This document shows, piece by piece, positions 62,007 through 64,000 of a stretch of DNA of 64,000 nucleotides (positions are counted from its first letter, which is position 1; every line of letters begins with the position of its first letter). Source of the stretch: Neoechinorhynchus agilis (Eukaryota > Animalia > Acanthocephala); NCBI GenBank assembly GCA_051530055.1, contig JBMGUZ010000005.1:71736-135735 (forward strand), in the 5' to 3' direction. The position numbers and the translations under genes are program-made. Under the pieces are notes generated by a model. It ran no database searches, was not told the DNA's origin, and saw nothing but the letters and a program-made list of their open reading frames with translations.

Positions 62007-62062
62007 ATGACCACCTATCACATAATAGCAATTTATGTAGTTTAAATAACCTACTTAGTCAC
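62006..62062 (-). tRNA. trnA: mt tRNA-Ala (TGC)
   Basis: ACATAA-ATTGCTA-TTATGT; acceptor GTGACTA/TGGTCAT. Confidence 0.75.
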
Positions 62063-62772
62063 AACCCATACCAATAACACCTCAAAAACACACCCAATCA
62101 CACCAAGTCTACAAAATGTCAGTACCAGACAAACCCCTCTAACCAGCCTAGCCCTTGAGGACCTAGGCCAAATAAATAGACCCACAAAGCACATGAAACT
62201 ATTAAACACAAACCAACCCCCACATGCAAACCATGCATGCCCGTACACAAGTAAAACATGCCGGAGCCACCCCTCAGCCAGTCAAATGGCATCTCCAGCC
62301 ACTCTTGCCACATTACAACCAAAAAAATTAAGCCTAATAAAACAGTGTGAATTAAATATACCACTCTGAGGGGGCGTCTAAATACATACGCCCTGTGAAA
62401 CAAAGTTAGCGTAACTCCAGACGTCAACAACAGACAAGAGGATAGCAAAGCCACACCATCGTACCTTAAACCCCAGAGCCTGTCTGCAAAACCGGTAACA
62501 CACCACCCTGTCGAAGACAAGTAGACAAACCCCGCCAATAATCCCACAAAAATAAATAACTCACTTACAATAAAAAGTAAAACACCAGAATAAAATCCTC
62601 CCCCGACTCCCCCTAAGTCCCTACAACCGGACTCCCACTCTAAAAAAGTTATAACCAACACCACTAATAGGGCCAAGCCTGCGGCCCACACCGCAGCCCA
62701 AGCTTTATACGCCCCACAAACAATAAGACCCCCTAAACAAAAAACACCAACAACCGGAATCAACCTTAACAC
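62063..62772 (-). CDS. cox3: Cytochrome c oxidase subunit III (mitochondrial code, GTG start, incomplete stop)
   Basis: LFIVSELFIF, TGMHGLHV, WYWHFVDLVW; uninterrupted when TGA is read as Trp. Confidence 0.92.
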
Positions 62773-62796
62773 GGACTACCTCCCCCTTAAAAGTAG

Positions 62797-62847
62797 ATAA
62801 CTCCCACCTGCGGTCTTGCAAACCGCCATTCTTAAAACTCAGAGCTA
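62797..62847 (-). tRNA. trnC: mt tRNA-Cys (GCA)
   Basis: GCGGT-TTGCAAG-ACCGC; acceptor TAGCTCT/GGAGTTA. Confidence 0.8.
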
Positions 62848-62850
62848 ACC

Positions 62851-63465
62851 CTAAACCATCTCTACACACACAGGCATAAACGAATGACCCACCCCGCACA
62901 ACTCAGAACACTGACCGTAAAACACCCCCTTGCAGCCGCAAAACAAATCCAGCCTATTAATACGCCCCGGAATAGCATCTATCTTAACCCCCAGGCTAGG
63001 CAAAGCTCAAGAATGAATAACATCCGAGGAGGTGATAAAAACTTTACTCCAACACCCCGCATTTAAAACTAAACGACTATCAACATCCAACAAACGATAA
63101 CCCCCGGCGGGATAGGAGTCAGCAACAAAACCCCTAATAACATAAGTTCAATACCACTGACTCCCCACCACTCTAACCCTCCTGCTCGACAAAGACCCAA
63201 CATCATATATAAACAACATAACCATTGAGGGGTAACCTAAAAACACTAAGATAATCACAGGGGCTAGAGTTCAAACAAACTCTAAATAGAGCCTATCAAC
63301 CCCCGCTCTGACAACACCCCCTAAAATTAAAATAACCATTAGCAAGCTAAACACAAACAAGAAAACAACAAGCCTCAACATTATAGCCCACTCAAAAACC
63401 GACACCAACCCCTCGGAAACCACACTGTAACAATCAGCATAGCTAAAATAACCCCATTTCACCAC
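62851..63465 (-). CDS. cox2: Cytochrome c oxidase subunit II (mitochondrial code)
   Basis: [57 protein letters not shown] stop; no frameshift. Confidence 0.95.
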
Positions 63466-63513
63466 TATAACCACCCCTTGACATCTTCAATGTCACACAA
63501 ACTGCTTTTATTA
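63466..63513 (-). tRNA. trnF: mt tRNA-Phe (GAA)
   Basis: TGACA-TTGAAGA-TGTCA anticodon arm. Confidence 0.75.
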
Positions 63514-64000
63514 CCAAGATCCTCTTTCCAGAAAACCCACTATGTTACGACTTACACACTATAAGTGCTGACGGGCGATATGTACTCCAGAGTAATTAAT
63601 TCATTAATTAATCTTACTGACAAGTTTATCAAAACGAGCCTATTTAGCCCCCTTGAATAAAAACCCACAGGCAACACTCCAACCCCTATGCTTATCTACA
63701 ACAAATCAACACTGATCTATGTGATCACACAAGAAGATACAAAACTGCACAATTAAAAGTTTAGTCTTAAACCCCAGGCCCCCCTGCTTAACCCTGACCG
63801 CCATATTTACTAAATTTTACCCCCAATGCTAACTAAACTAGAAATACAAGGGTATCTAATCCTCTTTTACCCCTCTAACTTAAATTTCACCTGTTCAGGT
63901 TTTTCAAATTTCACCCCTTAAACCAGAACCCAGTAAACTCGAACACCACACTAAAACACGCAAATTGTATAACCGCTGACGCTGGCACAATTTTTACATG
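63514..64000 (-). rRNA. rrnS: mt small-subunit rRNA (3' part)
   Basis: Conserved GTGCCAGCGTCAGCGG and GTACATATCGCCCGTCA...AAGTCGTAACAT motifs on the minus strand. Confidence 0.92.

Larger units (their letters stand above)
61410..64000 (-). other. Mitochondrial DNA insert (NUMT) or mito-nuclear assembly join; continues past the window end
   Basis: Abrupt compositional switch. rrnS-F-cox2-C-cox3-A-R-N-S1-nad2 on one strand, read with the invertebrate mitochondrial code; nad2 is cut off at the junction. Confidence 0.93.

Overview
Eukaryotic (animal) nuclear DNA. The mitochondrial segment at the right end has the gene order and G+T-rich coding strand typical of Acanthocephala (inferred, not database-checked). 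0.7-5.9 kb holds two convergent host genes: a MARF1/limkain-b1-like RRM+LOTUS gene (+) and a C2H2 zinc-finger gene with 41-50 nt introns (-). From ~6.9 to ~59.5 kb the window is a mosaic built from a composite, head-to-tail reiterated module. The module contains a PTP-like intron-bearing gene remnant, an intact orphan gene for an acidic protein with three PPGF motifs, and Penelope, CRE and LINE-ORF1 fragments. It is interspersed with Penelope-like elements (two with hammerhead ribozyme cores, one with a 147-bp satellite grown out of its RT, one 5'-inverted), Ty3/gypsy elements, an RTE element and PKA-like kinase pseudogenes. From ~61.41 kb to the window end lies a near-intact mitochondrial insert (rrnS-F-cox2-C-cox3-A-R-N-S1-nad2 truncated). 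The best candidates for something undescribed are the duplicon-borne PPGF gene and the RT-derived 147-bp satellite. All alignments and counts were done by eye; element boundaries are approximate.
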